A stretch of 63,625 nucleotides of DNA, the filler included, from Nitrospiraceae bacterium (GTDB lineage Bacteria > Nitrospirota > Nitrospiria > Nitrospirales > Nitrospiraceae): NCBI GenBank assembly GCA_037442105.1. It is 4 parts of 4 records of this genome, joined end to end, with 100 filler letters (N's around TTAATTAATTAA, not from the genome) between each part and the next. Parts side by side here need not be neighbours in the genome. Positions count along the whole stretch, not along the records: positions 1 to 17,711 come from JBBIQV010000047.1; positions 17,812 to 35,224 come from JBBIQV010000048.1; 2 more parts are not named here. One strand, written 5' to 3'. A program made the position numbers and the translations under genes. Positions 8,936 to 18,944 of this stretch are shown piece after piece. The notes under the pieces are model-generated. The model was given only the letters and a program-made list of their open reading frames with translations, was not told where the DNA came from and searched no databases. How positions within the stretch are numbered: position 1 is the stretch's first letter; the number at the start of each line of letters is the position of its first letter.

Positions 8936-10069
8936 TCAGGCGGGAAGATATTGCCGTGTTACGCGCGGGCCGATAGCGCACAGGACCTCATAGGGGATCG
9001 TGCCCAGCGACTCCGCAATGTCATCCGCACGGATCGCGAGAGAACCTTGCTGCCCGATCACGACAGCCTGATCGCCTGCCTGTACATCTGCAATCTCCGT
9101 CACATCCACCATCGTCATGTCCATGCAGACGCTGCCGGCCACGGGCGCCCGCCGGCCTCGCACAAGCACGGCTCCCCGGTTGGAGAGGAGGCGATTGAAC
9201 CCGTCTGCATATCCGATCGGCAACACCGCGATGCGCGTGGGACGCTTCGCGGTAAAGGTCCGGTTGTAGCTGATGCTGGCACCGGGGCTTAGGGTGCGAA
9301 CTTGGGCGACCGTGGTCGAAAGGGAGAGGACGGGTCTCAGCTCAGGCGTGGAGACCAGGGGCGGAAGCGTGTGGTACCCGTAGAGCATAAGACCAGGGCG
9401 GACGGCGGAGAAGTGTGCAGCCGGATAGCGCACGATAGCTGAGCTATTGGCGGCGTGGATCAGCGGAACTGTGAAGCCGGCTTGGTGGACCGTCTCCACG
9501 GCTGCGCGGAACCGCGCAAGTTGCTGGTCGGAGAACGAGTGGTCATCGCCATCGGCATCGGCGAGGTGCGTCATAAGCCCCTCCACACGAAGCGGCCCTT
9601 TGACTTCCGTCGAACCGAGCAGCGTCGTGAGCTCAGCAAGCGTGAGTCCCAGGCGTCCCATGCCGGTTTCGACTTTGAGGTGCACCGCATAGGGCTGTAT
9701 GGATGATGGTAGCTGCTTGGCCAGAGCTATGGCGATGGTAGGTTCGTGGATGATCGGAGTGAGGTTGTGAGCGATCAGGTCGGAGAGCTGCTGGGGGAAG
9801 ACCGCGCCAAGCAGCACAATGGAGGCCTGAATGCCGGCTGCGCGCAAGGCGAGCCCTTCCTCCAGCGTCGCGACGCCGAAGCGGGCGATGCCGAGGCGCT
9901 GAAGGGCCTGTGTGATGTCAACCGACCCATGGCCGTAGGCGTTGGCCTTGACGACAGCGATGAGCTCACACCGAGGAGGCACGCAGCGGCGAACCTGCGC
10001 GACGTTATGGGCAAGCGCCGACAGGTCGATGGCGGCAACCGTGGGTGAGAACCTGGACGACGTCGGCAC
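8936..10069 (-). CDS. alr: Alanine racemase
   Basis: AVVKANAYGHG PLP-lysine motif, TGMGRLG, GYADG, VCMDM. Confidence 0.97.
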   Translation of the reverse strand: MPTSSRFSPTVAAIDLSALAHNVAQVRRCVPPRCELIAVVKANAYGHGSVDITQALQRLGIARFGVATLEEGLALRAAGIQASIVLLGAVFPQQLSDLIAHNLTPIIHEPTIAIALAKQLPSSIQPYAVHLKVETGMGRLGLTLAELTTLLGSTEVKGPLRVEGLMTHLADADGDDHSFSDQQLARFRAAVETVHQAGFTVPLIHAANSSAIVRYPAAHFSAVRPGLMLYGYHTLPPLVSTPELRPVLSLSTTVAQVRTLSPGASISYNRTFTAKRPTRIAVLPIGYADGFNRLLSNRGAVLVRGRRAPVAGSVCMDMTMVDVTEIADVQAGDQAVVIGQQGSLAIRADDIAESLGTIPYEVLCAIGPRVTRQYLPA

Positions 10070-10107
10070 GCGCGGGGCTGTAGTGAAGGGTAATCGGATC
10101 GAGACGA

Positions 10108-10671
10108 TCAGACTTCGAGAATCTCTTCTTCTTTTTTCTTGAGAGCCTGGTCGACTTTCTGGATGTATTGGTCCGTGAGCTTCTGGATCTCGTTTTCTGA
10201 TTTCCGCAGATCGTCTTCGGTCAGCTTTGCGTCCTTTTGGAGCTTCTTCAGCTCTTCGTTCCCATCCCGTCGGAATCCGCGGATTTGAACCTTGGTCTCC
10301 TCACCATGCTTCTTGCACACCTTGATCAGTTCCTTGCGGCGTTCCTCATTCAAGGGCGGGAGGGGGACTCGAATCATTTTGCCGTCGTTGGACGGGGAAA
10401 GTCCCAGGTCGGAAGACATCAGGGCTTTCTCGATTTCCTTGATCAGATTCGGCTCCCAGGGTTGGATCGTGATGAGCCGGCTCTCCGGCGTCGCCAGGTT
10501 CGCGACTTGCTTAAGCTGCGTGGGCGTTCCGTAATAGTCTACCTTGACTCCGTCGAGGAGGGCGACCGACGCGCGTCCCGTTCGGAGCCCGGCCAGATCG
10601 CGCTTCAAATGCTCCAGCGCCCCTTCCATTCGTTCGATGACACGTTGACGAACAGTTTGTGGGTTCGACAT
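10108..10671 (-). CDS. frr: Ribosome recycling factor
   Basis: [18 protein letters not shown]; frr-pyrH-tsf-rpsB order. Confidence 0.98.
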   Translation of the reverse strand: MSNPQTVRQRVIERMEGALEHLKRDLAGLRTGRASVALLDGVKVDYYGTPTQLKQVANLATPESRLITIQPWEPNLIKEIEKALMSSDLGLSPSNDGKMIRVPLPPLNEERRKELIKVCKKHGEETKVQIRGFRRDGNEELKKLQKDAKLTEDDLRKSENEIQKLTDQYIQKVDQALKKKEEEILEV

Positions 10672-10684
10672 GGCGTGATTCCTC

Positions 10685-11410
10685 CTACCGGTTCCCCACC
10701 GTCACGAGGGTGCCGATCGGCTCGCCCTGAACGACCCGTTTGAAGTTGCCCTTGTCCTTCAGGTTGAACACGATCAGCGGCAGGTTGTTATCCATGCAGA
10801 GGCTGATGGCGGTCGAATCCATGACCTTCAAATTCTGATTCAGGATGGCCATGAAAGGAATTTCGGCGTACTTCTTGGCGGTCGGGTTCTTCACCGGGTC
10901 CGCTTCATAAACGCCGTCGACCTTCGTGCCTTTCATGATCACCTGGGCGCCGATCTCCATGGCTCTGAGCGCAGCGGCCGTGTCGGTCGAGAAATAGGGA
11001 TTGCCGGTTCCGCCCGCGAAGATGACCACCCGCTTCTTTTCCAAGTGCCGAATGGCGCGCCGACGGATATAGCCCTCCGCGAGTTGCCGCATCTCGATCG
11101 CGGACTGCACCCGTGTCATGATGCCCTTGCGTTCCAAGGAGTTCTGCAACGCGAGCGCGTTGAGCACGGTGGCGAGCATCCCCATGTAGTCGGCGGAGGC
11201 CCTCTCCATGCCGGATGCGCTGGCGGCGATCCCCCGGAAGATATTGCCTCCGCCGATGACGATGGCCACTTCCACATCCAGGGCCACGACGGCGGCGATT
11301 TCCTCGGCCAGCCCTTCGAGGATGGACGGCTGGATCCCGTATCCCTGCTCACCGGCCAGCATCTCTCCGCTGACTTTAAGGAGGATGCGCCGGTATTTGG
11401 CAGAGCTCAT
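10685..11410 (-). CDS. pyrH: UMP kinase
   Basis: [27 protein letters not shown]. Confidence 0.98.
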   Translation of the reverse strand: MSSAKYRRILLKVSGEMLAGEQGYGIQPSILEGLAEEIAAVVALDVEVAIVIGGGNIFRGIAASASGMERASADYMGMLATVLNALALQNSLERKGIMTRVQSAIEMRQLAEGYIRRRAIRHLEKKRVVIFAGGTGNPYFSTDTAAALRAMEIGAQVIMKGTKVDGVYEADPVKNPTAKKYAEIPFMAILNQNLKVMDSTAISLCMDNNLPLIVFNLKDKGNFKRVVQGEPIGTLVTVGNR

Positions 11411-12003
11411 GCTTGGCCTAATTGATAGCGTGTGAACCGGCGGACGTTCATATTCTCGCCGATCTTGGCGATTTTCTGCGCCACCAGGTCTTTAATGGTA
11501 ATGGCAGGGTCCTTGATGAACGATTGTTCGAGCAAGCAACTTTCTTGGAAAAATCGCTCGATCTTCCCTTCGACGATCTTGGGCCATGCGCCCGGGGGCT
11601 TACCCATTTCCTGAGCCTGAGCTTGATAGATGCTCTTTTCTTTGTCGATGACCTCGGCGGGAACGTCCTCGCGCTTCACGTACGAAGGACTGGAGGCCGC
11701 CACTTGCAGGGCAAGATCGTTGACGAATGTCTTGAATTCTTCATTCCGGGCGACGAAGTCGGTCTCGCAGTTGACCTCGATCAGCACGCCGATCTTTCCG
11801 CCCGCGTGGATATAAGCGTGAACCAGCCCTTGGTTGGTTTCCCGTCCGGCCTTTTTCTGGGCGGCGGCGAGGCCCTTCTGGCGAAGATAGTCAACCGCCT
11901 TTTCGACATCGTTGCCTGATTCTGTCAGCGCCTTCTGGCAATCAAGGATGCCGGCGCCGGTCTTTTCTCGCAGCTCTTTCACCAACATAGTTTGTCCAGC
12001 CAT
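11407..12003 (-). CDS. tsf: Elongation factor Ts (short form)
   Basis: [21 protein letters not shown]. Confidence 0.98.
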   Translation of the reverse strand: MAGQTMLVKELREKTGAGILDCQKALTESGNDVEKAVDYLRQKGLAAAQKKAGRETNQGLVHAYIHAGGKIGVLIEVNCETDFVARNEEFKTFVNDLALQVAASSPSYVKREDVPAEVIDKEKSIYQAQAQEMGKPPGAWPKIVEGKIERFFQESCLLEQSFIKDPAITIKDLVAQKIAKIGENMNVRRFTRYQLGQA

Positions 12004-12057
12004 TCCAGTTGTGCTCCTCAATCGAACTGATTCCGGTGTATACAAACGGGCCGGGGC

Positions 12058-12834
12058 TTATGATGCGGGAATACTGGCGAAGCTCATGCCGGCGTGTTTC
12101 TCTTCCACCTGAGCCGGAGCGGCCCCCATAGCGGCCTCTTCCCGTTGTGCTTTGAGATGGGTCCCTTCGATGCAAGCCTCGGCGATCTTGGACGTGATCA
12201 ATTTGATCGACCGGATGGCGTCGTCGTTGCCGGGGATGGGATAGTCGATGTCTTCGGGATCGCAATTGGTATCCACGATGGCGATGACGGGAATTTCCAG
12301 CCGGTTGGCTTCCTGCACCGCAATCCGTTCGATGCGGGTGTCCAGCACGAAGATGGCTCCCGGCAGGGCCCGCAGGTTCTTGATGCCGGTGAGGTATTTC
12401 TGCAGCTTGACGACTTCCTTCTGTATCTGGCCGAGCTCCTTCTTCGTATGACCCTGATGGTGCTCGTCGGCCAGGATGGCCTCCATCTTTTTCATCTTGT
12501 CGATGCTGCGCCGGATGGTCTGGAAATTCGTCAACATGCCGCCGAGCCAGCGCTGGTTCACGAAAAACATATTGGACCGTTTGGCTTCTTCCTCGAGAAT
12601 CTCGGCCGCCTGGCGTTTCGTTCCGACGAACAGGACCGACTCTCCGGATGCCACGATGTCCCGCACGAAGGCACAGGCCTGCTCCAGCCGTTCGAGTGTT
12701 TGCTCAAGATCGATGATATAAATCCCGTTCCGCTCGCCGAAGAGGAACCGCTTCATCTTCGGATTCCAGCGATTGGTTTGATGTCCGAAGTGGACTCCGG
12801 CTTCCAACAATTCTTTGATTGCAGTAACTCCCAT
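12058..12834 (-). CDS. rpsB: 30S ribosomal protein S2
   Basis: [26 protein letters not shown]. Confidence 0.98.
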   Translation of the reverse strand: MGVTAIKELLEAGVHFGHQTNRWNPKMKRFLFGERNGIYIIDLEQTLERLEQACAFVRDIVASGESVLFVGTKRQAAEILEEEAKRSNMFFVNQRWLGGMLTNFQTIRRSIDKMKKMEAILADEHHQGHTKKELGQIQKEVVKLQKYLTGIKNLRALPGAIFVLDTRIERIAVQEANRLEIPVIAIVDTNCDPEDIDYPIPGNDDAIRSIKLITSKIAEACIEGTHLKAQREEAAMGAAPAQVEEKHAGMSFASIPAS

Positions 12835-13018
12835 GCCTTCACCTCCCTCCGTGGCTTGCAGAGCGCTCACGAACGTGAACGAGAGGGGATCGCCCTCTTA
12901 TTCTCAAGCCGTGCGGCGTGCTCGTCACGCCGATGCGAATTTGTAATAATAATCGTCCGATGCGAAGGGGCGCTCCGTGTCGGACAGACGGCTGGAAACT
13001 CAGCCTAAAAGCGGAGAA

Positions 13019-13047
13019 ACGCTAACACAGTTGGCCGCTGTTTTCAA
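13019..13047 (-). promoter_or_regulatory. Candidate rpsB promoter
   Basis: TTGAAA-17nt-TAGCGT on the minus strand. Confidence 0.5.
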
Positions 13048-13070
13048 GCCTACGGCGCGGTTGGCGATAC

Positions 13071-14276
13071 TCACGAACGGTAGCTCGCATTGATCTTCAC
13101 GTAGTCGTAGGAAAGGTCGGTGGTCCAGACATAGCTGTGGGCCGATCCCTGCCCAAGATCGATGTGGATCGTGAATTCTTTCTTGCGGAACACCGCGGCA
13201 ATCCGGCGCTCGGCCTGTGTGCCGAGCCCCACCCCGTTTTTGACCATGGCTATCTTGTCGAAGGACAAGGTGATTCTCGATTGATCGATGAGCACGCCCG
13301 ATCGCCCGATCGCCGCCATCACGCGCCCCCAGTTGGCATCCTCTCCGAAGAGGGCGGTCTTGACCAGGTTGGATGTCGCGACCGTATTGGCCACCTGCTT
13401 GGCCGCCGCTGCCGTGTCGGCGCCGGTCACGTGAATCTTCACGATCTTCGTGACTCCTTCTCCATCCCGGCAGACGCGCAGCGCCAGAGCTAGGCAAACC
13501 TGCTCCAACATGCGTTGGAATGCGGCAAAGGCTGCGGTGCCTTCTTGAAGGGAGGCATTGCCGGCCAAGCCATTGGCGAGACAAAGCACGGTGTCATTGG
13601 TGCTGGTGTCCCCGTCCACCGAGATACAGTTGAATGATTGATTGACTGCTGCGGACAGGGCCTGCTGCAGTGCTGATCGAGAAATCGCCGCGTCCGTCGT
13701 GAGATATGCCAACATCGTAGCCATGTTCGGGTGGATCATTCCGGAACCCTTGGCCATGCCTCCGATGGTTACGGTGCGTCCGGCGATCGTATCGCGCATC
13801 GCTATTTGTTTCACCCGCAGGTCCGTCGTCAGGATGGCCCGCGCGGCTTCTGAGCCGCCGGCCCGTCTGATTCGTTGCATGAGGGCCGGGATGCCTGCAC
13901 GGATACATTCGATGGGTAGGGGTTGTCCGATGACGCCGGTGGACCCGACAAACACCTTGTGGGTGGCTGTGTCCAGCCGCCGCGCGACGAGCGTGGCGAT
14001 CTCCTCCGATGCAGCCAGACCTTCTGCGCCGGTGCAGGCGTTGGCGTTGCCGCTGTTGATGATGATGGCGCGGCCGATTCCCTGCTGGAGGTGCAAGCGA
14101 TCGAGTACAACCGGCGCGGCTGCCACGCGATTGTTCGTGAACACCCCGGCGATGGGGCCATCCCGCTCCGACACGACGAGAGCAAGGTCGAGCAGATTCT
14201 TTTTCTTGATACCGCAATGGATGCCGGCGGCCCGAAATCCCTTGGGGGACGTAATGCCTCCCGCTATCACTTTCAT
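13071..14276 (-). CDS. argJ: Bifunctional ornithine acetyltransferase/N-acetylglutamate synthase
   Basis: KGSGMIHPNMATML, DGDTSTND, DGEGVTK. Confidence 0.97.
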   Translation of the reverse strand: MKVIAGGITSPKGFRAAGIHCGIKKKNLLDLALVVSERDGPIAGVFTNNRVAAAPVVLDRLHLQQGIGRAIIINSGNANACTGAEGLAASEEIATLVARRLDTATHKVFVGSTGVIGQPLPIECIRAGIPALMQRIRRAGGSEAARAILTTDLRVKQIAMRDTIAGRTVTIGGMAKGSGMIHPNMATMLAYLTTDAAISRSALQQALSAAVNQSFNCISVDGDTSTNDTVLCLANGLAGNASLQEGTAAFAAFQRMLEQVCLALALRVCRDGEGVTKIVKIHVTGADTAAAAKQVANTVATSNLVKTALFGEDANWGRVMAAIGRSGVLIDQSRITLSFDKIAMVKNGVGLGTQAERRIAAVFRKKEFTIHIDLGQGSAHSYVWTTDLSYDYVKINASYRS

Positions 14277-14319
14277 CGACTGGAATCCTTGTTCATGTGG
14301 GTTGAAGGAGGAGGAAGGA

Positions 14320-15405
14320 TTACGGGAAGATGCCCGGTGCGGTCAGACCGGTCTCTTCCGGCAGGCCGACCATCAGGTTCATCGCTTGAATGGCCTGGCC
14401 GGCTGCCCCTTTCACCAGATTATCAAGGGCTGCCACTGTGATGACCCAGCCGGCCCTGCTATCGGCGAATACGCCGATGTCGCAGTAATTCGAGCCCCGG
14501 ATGTTGCGGGGGTTGGGTGGCGTATCCTCATGCAGGCGAACGAACTTCTCTCCTTTGTAGAAATCGCGATAGAGCGCCCGCAATTCCTTCAGGTCGATCG
14601 CGATGGTTAGGCGGCAGTAGGCTGTGCTGAGGATGCCGCGGTTCATTGGGACGAGATGCGGCGTAAAGGCAACAGTGAGCCTCGATTGCGCACCGGGCTG
14701 TCCTGCGGTGGAAGCGTGGCGCGGTGTCTGCAACAGACCTGCCAGCTCCTGTTCGATCTCCGGAATGTGACGGTGCTGACCGATCTTGTAGGGCTCCAAT
14801 GATTCGTGGGCTTCCGGAAAGTGATAGGCGAGTGCCGGGCTGCGTCCCGCCCCTGAGATACCTGACTTGGCGTCGATGACCACCGTGTCAGGCTGAACGA
14901 GCCCGTGTGCGATGAGTGGCGCCAGTTGGAGAATCGCCGCTGTCGGGTAACAGCCGGGAGAGGCGACGAGCCGAGCCTGACCGATCTGTGTGCGGTGCAA
15001 TTCCGGCAGCCCGTATACAGCTTCCTTCAGCAGCGCAGGCTGTGTGTGCGGGGTACCGTACCACCGCGCATAGGCCGCAGGGTCCTTCAGGCGGTAGTCG
15101 GCGCTCAGGTCGACCGTTCGCTTTCCGGCCGCCAGGCAGGTGGCGACGGGTGCGAGAGATTTGGTATGGGGAAGCGCGAGAAAGATGATGTCGGCTCGGT
15201 CGATCAGAGCTTCCGGCGCCAACGCTTCAAACGAGAGGGAAACCACGCTCGCCAGGCTTGGGAAAACAGAGGCCACCATGGCGCCGGCCGACTTTTCAGA
15301 TGTGACCGCCGTCAACTCCAACTGTGGATGCGCAGCAATGAGCCGAAGCAATTCCGCTCCGGCATAGCCGCTGGCTCCTGCGACTGCAACCCGAATCCTT
15401 GGCAT
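14320..15405 (-). CDS. argC: N-acetyl-gamma-glutamyl-phosphate reductase
   Basis: GASGYAG, PGCYPT, DNLVKGAAGQA. Confidence 0.97.
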   Translation of the reverse strand: MPRIRVAVAGASGYAGAELLRLIAAHPQLELTAVTSEKSAGAMVASVFPSLASVVSLSFEALAPEALIDRADIIFLALPHTKSLAPVATCLAAGKRTVDLSADYRLKDPAAYARWYGTPHTQPALLKEAVYGLPELHRTQIGQARLVASPGCYPTAAILQLAPLIAHGLVQPDTVVIDAKSGISGAGRSPALAYHFPEAHESLEPYKIGQHRHIPEIEQELAGLLQTPRHASTAGQPGAQSRLTVAFTPHLVPMNRGILSTAYCRLTIAIDLKELRALYRDFYKGEKFVRLHEDTPPNPRNIRGSNYCDIGVFADSRAGWVITVAALDNLVKGAAGQAIQAMNLMVGLPEETGLTAPGIFP

Positions 15406-15453
15406 AGGGAGATGCTTAATTGATGGGGGGCCTGCTCACAGCCAGTGCCCCAT

Positions 15454-15490
15454 AGAGAAAAGGGAAGGCTTGGAGCCTTCCCTTTTCTCT
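15454..15490 (-). terminator. Intrinsic terminator after rpsI
   Basis: AGAGAAAAGGGAAGGCT-N3-AGCCTTCCCTTTTCTCT perfect hairpin. Confidence 0.8.
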
Positions 15491-15507
15491 GTCGAATGCT
15501 CCAACCG

Positions 15508-15900
15508 TTAGCGCTTCGAGTACTGGAAGCGTTTGCGGGCGCCTTTCTGGCCGTACTTCTTGCGCTCTTTGACGCGCGAATCGCGTGTGAGCAATCCTTC
15601 TTTCTTCAGCGGCTGGCGCAGGGTGGGGCTCAAGGTCACCAGCGCCTTGGAGATGGCGTGCCGCAGGGCGCCCGCCTGGCCGGTCGGTCCTCCGCCCCGG
15701 ACAGTGGCTCGAACGGAATACTTCCCGTTCACGCCGGCGAGTTCCAGGGGGAATTGGATAATGGTTCTGAGGGTGGACCGGGGAAACGCCTGATCCAGCG
15801 GTTTTTCGTTGACGACGATGTCGCCGGCTGTCGCTGAAACCCATGCACGCGCGATCGCGCACTTGCGTTTGCCGGTCGCGTATTGTGTCACAACTGCCAT
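15508..15900 (-). CDS. rpsI: 30S ribosomal protein S9
   Basis: TGKRK, GQAGA, ERKKYG..QYSKR. Confidence 0.98.
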   Translation of the reverse strand: MAVVTQYATGKRKCAIARAWVSATAGDIVVNEKPLDQAFPRSTLRTIIQFPLELAGVNGKYSVRATVRGGGPTGQAGALRHAISKALVTLSPTLRQPLKKEGLLTRDSRVKERKKYGQKGARKRFQYSKR

Positions 15901-15926
15901 GCTGCACGCCTCCTATATCTATTTAT

Positions 15927-16364
15927 CTATTGCGTCACTAGCGATACTGGTTCCGGTCCCTGAGCCTGGTGGGGATGCGCGGTTCCTGCATAAATGCGCA
16001 GCTTCTTAGCCATATGTTTGCCCAGCGGGTTTTTGGGGAGCATGCCGTGAATCGCTTTGGTCAGCAAGAGCGTGGGATCCTTGGCATGTACGTGCTCGGC
16101 GTTCACGGACTTTAATCCACCGGGAAACCCTGAGTGATGGCGATACATCTTGGTCCGCATCTTGTCCCCGGTGAGACGTACCTTGTCGGCGTTGATGATC
16201 ACAACATGGTCGCCCGTATCCACATTGGGAGTGAATGTCGGCTTGTGTTTGCCCCTGAGCAGGATGGCGACGCGAGCGGCCAGCCGTCCCAAGGTTTTGC
16301 CTTCGGCATCGACAAGATGCCACTTGCGCGTTACATCCGCTGGTTTCTCGAGATAGGTGGGCAT
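15927..16364 (-). CDS. rplM: 50S ribosomal protein L13
   Basis: LGRLA..LRGKHKP.FTP.VDTGD, HPHQAQ. Confidence 0.98.
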   Translation of the reverse strand: MPTYLEKPADVTRKWHLVDAEGKTLGRLAARVAILLRGKHKPTFTPNVDTGDHVVIINADKVRLTGDKMRTKMYRHHSGFPGGLKSVNAEHVHAKDPTLLLTKAIHGMLPKNPLGKHMAKKLRIYAGTAHPHQAQGPEPVSLVTQ

Positions 16365-16406
16365 GGTGATCTTTCGACTCCTCGTTACGAGTGAACGGTC
16401 CGTCGG

Positions 16407-16892
16407 TTACACTTCCTGCGTATCGATGTTTTTGGGTTCGTGCTTCGCGAGCCACGCATCGAGGTTGTGGCTGCTTCGGCGTTTCAACACATCCGAGACG
16501 ACATAAATCGGGCAGTGGCTCCGTAGCGCGAGGGCGATCGCATCGCTGGGACGCGCGTCGATGGATCGTTCGACCCCCTTTGAGGCCAGGTAGATCGCTG
16601 CGTAGAAGGTGCTGTTCTTCACGTCCGTAATCACTACGCGCTGGATTTTCAGGTTCAGGTGGGTCGCAAAGCTGCGGATCAGGTCGTGACTCATGGGTCT
16701 TGGAGTAACCACGCTGTCCATCGCCCACTGGATGGCCGTCCCCTCGGCAGCTCCAACCCAAATGGGTAACACGTCATTACCCTGATGATGTTGCAACACC
16801 ACAATTCGTGTATCGGTTCCCTTATCCTCAACGACCTGTTGTACCCTGAATTCCATCAACTTGGGGGTATCGGTCGATTGCGTGTGTTCCAT
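16407..16892 (-). CDS. Bifunctional nuclease family (DUF151), paralog 2
   Basis: LPIWVG..RPMSHDL..IDARPSDAIALAL. Confidence 0.9.
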   Translation of the reverse strand: MEHTQSTDTPKLMEFRVQQVVEDKGTDTRIVVLQHHQGNDVLPIWVGAAEGTAIQWAMDSVVTPRPMSHDLIRSFATHLNLKIQRVVITDVKNSTFYAAIYLASKGVERSIDARPSDAIALALRSHCPIYVVSDVLKRRSSHNLDAWLAKHEPKNIDTQEV

Positions 16893-16904
16893 GATGTGAT
16901 GGCC

Positions 16905-17360
16905 TCAGGAGTCCAGCTTGCCGAAGTCTTCGGGCTTAAGGTTTTCGAGCCATTGCTCAAGTTCTTCGGACGTCTGCTTGCGGAGCACCGTCTCGCTGGC
17001 GAAGATCGGCGCATTCGCTCGAAGCGCGAGAGCGATCGCATCGCTGGGACGCGAATCGACCGTGTATTCGGAGTCGTCATACATAAGATGAATCTTTGCA
17101 AAATAGGTGTTTTCGGTCAGGTCCGTAATGACGACGCTGATCACCTTCGCGTCGAAGGAATCCAGAAGGGACTTCATGAGGTCATGCGTCATCGGCCGCG
17201 GCGCCGCGACGTTTTCGAGCGCCAAACTGATCGCACTGGCCTCTGACTTCCCGACCCAAATCGGCAACATGTCCGAGTTGTCCTCGTCCCGAAGAATCAC
17301 GATATAAGCGTTGTTATAGGGGTCAAACATCAGGCCCCGCACACGCATCTGAGAAATCAT
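16905..17360 (-). CDS. Bifunctional nuclease family (DUF151), paralog 1
   Basis: LPIWVG..RPMTHDL..DSRPSDAIALAL; start trimmed to MISQ. Confidence 0.9.
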   Translation of the reverse strand: MISQMRVRGLMFDPYNNAYIVILRDEDNSDMLPIWVGKSEASAISLALENVAAPRPMTHDLMKSLLDSFDAKVISVVITDLTENTYFAKIHLMYDDSEYTVDSRPSDAIALALRANAPIFASETVLRKQTSEELEQWLENLKPEDFGKLDS

Positions 17361-17711
17361 GGTAAGAATACGCTCCTCTTTCCCGCGAAGCAAAGAGGCA
17401 AGTAAAGCGCCGAAACCAACACAATCTAACACTTCTATTTTTCGCATGTCAATCAAGCGCGCGAGATCACAAGCGAAAATCACGGGAGTGTCCGACAGAT
17501 CAAATGTCGGTCCGGAGATGTCGGGAACTGCACGTTGAGCCAGACGAAGCAAAGCTGCGGCTATTGCGCGCGAGTCCTCTTCAGTGGAGAGCCAGCGAGG
17601 GGAGAGAAGAGGATGGAGGAGATTTTGGGGTAGATGAGCAAGGTGGGTAGGGAAAGAGAGGTCTTGTCAATAGGTGTGTAAATGGAATCAGGCGGCAACC
17701 TCCTGTGGGAT

Positions 17712-17811
17712 NNNNNNNNNNNNNNNNNNNNNNNNNNNNNNNNNNNNNNNNNNNNTTAATTAATTAANNNNNNNNNNNNNNNNNNNNNNNNNNNNNNNNN
17801 NNNNNNNNNNN
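17712..17811. other. Artificial contig linker
   Basis: N44-TTAATTAATTAA-N44 (stops in all frames). Confidence 0.97.
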
Positions 17812-17834
17812 GACATCACATCATGGATTCGCAT
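17812..17834 (-). CDS. 5' stub of a gene (MRIHDVM...), probably a CBS-domain protein, cut by the contig end
   Basis: GGGAGG RBS then ATG CGA ATC CAT GAT GTG ATG. Confidence 0.5.
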
Positions 17835-17911
17835 GAGAGCCTCCCTTCTGCGTCATTGATCTGTGTTGTCGCATCCTGATCGCGATCCTACTTACTGGCG
17901 CGTGATCCATC

Positions 17912-17973
17912 TGTAAGGCGCCTCACGAGTTGCAAAAGAAAATGCACTGTGTGTGTTTGTAAGCCAGACCACA
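17912..17973. promoter_or_regulatory. Tandem Crp-family boxes (divergent promoter region)
   Basis: TGTAA-GGCGCC-TCACG (17912) and TGTAA-GCCAGA-CCACA (17958), 46 nt apart; leftward -10 TAGGAT 21 nt from the first box. Confidence 0.7.
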
Positions 17974-18094
17974 GATGTGGGGTGGGAGGAGCGCGAGCGT
18001 GCGGACTCGTCATGACAGTCATGCCGACTGCGCCCAGTGAGGGAGGCGGAGGCGGTCTCTGCATTCACCTACCGTCTTCAGAAAGGAGTGCATC

Positions 18095-18172
18095 ATGTCC
18101 AAAGTGGCGATCGTTGTTCTGGCGGATACGGAAACCCACGATGGCATGCCTTCAAGTCCCACTCTTCCGTGA
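18095..18172 (+). pseudogene. Truncated DsrE-like gene remnant
   Basis: AAAGGAG RBS; MSKVAIVVLADTETHDG matches the N-terminus of 34391-34747, then stops. Confidence 0.8.
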
Positions 18173-18410
18173 CTCGGAGCGGCGGCGGATCCGTTGTGTG
18201 CGATGGATCAGAGGCTGTTCACGCACTTGCTGTCCTCTTGATACATGGACAAAGGCCGTTTGTTCTTCAGCCGTATTGCGTCGATTAGTTCGATGAATAT
18301 TTTCTGAGCCGGGTTCGGACAGAACGCCCTGCACATCGGAGGGGCAGCGTCGCCACTATCCGTTCACTGCCACTCCAAGAAATTGCCGCCTTCTTCCATT
18401 TATCACGTGT

Positions 18411-18453
18411 TGTAATCTTCCTGACAGATCATCCTGTGCCCATCTTCTAAGCT
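18411..18453 (+). promoter_or_regulatory. Crp-family class II-type promoter
   Basis: TGTAA-TCTTCC-TGACA-21nt-TAAGCT. Confidence 0.7.
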
Positions 18454-18459
18454 GGCGAT

Positions 18460-18699
18460 ATGGCGCGTCTCAGCATCGTGGTTCATCGAGGGTGCCTTTC
18501 TGAGATGTCCATTCGGAAACTGGCAGAAGAGATCCAGGAGGAACTGCCTGATTGGAAGATAGAGGTCCAGCCGGCGGAGGAACATACGGACTGCGATGCC
18601 ATTCTTGCCTTCCCGGCTTTTCTCGTGGACGGCCAAGTTTTGGCAACGGGGCTCCCACGAAAAGACTGGCTACTGGAGAGGCTCAAAGAACGCCGGTGA
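18460..18699 (+). CDS. Small thioredoxin-fold protein
   Basis: GCLS in place of CxxC; AFPAFLVDG..GLP cis-Pro segment. Confidence 0.65.
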   Translation: MARLSIVVHRGCLSEMSIRKLAEEIQEELPDWKIEVQPAEEHTDCDAILAFPAFLVDGQVLATGLPRKDWLLERLKERR

Positions 18700-18860
18700 A
18701 GGTAATCATGAAGCGCGCTGATGCCATCCCATCAGGTTTCGTCCGCATGCGCGATCCACAGAGAGGAACCGCTGCGCTTCCACTGAGCGCGGAAACCCTC
18801 TCCCGTCTTGCGACTGTTCGGGCAGTATTGTCGGATCGGCGACCATCTTTTCACATCCCT

Positions 18861-18903
18861 TGTAAGATACGTTACAGACCCGCTGCAGGAGGTGCCGTAG
18901 CAT
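18861..18903 (+). promoter_or_regulatory. Crp-family class II-type promoter
   Basis: Perfect TGTAA-GATACG-TTACA-21nt-TAGCAT. Confidence 0.75.
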
Positions 18904-18944
18904 GGCTCCATCCATGATGGATAGAAAGGCGACGATGCAAAGCT

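Noticed and set aside
17689..17711. Possible 3' end of a 5S rRNA on the minus strand (TCAGGCGGCAACCT)
   Set aside because: Only about 14 nt resemble it before the sequence diverges at the contig end
17712..17811. TTAATTAATTAA palindrome repeated three times in the window
   Set aside because: Identical N44 flanks mark it as an artificial contig spacer
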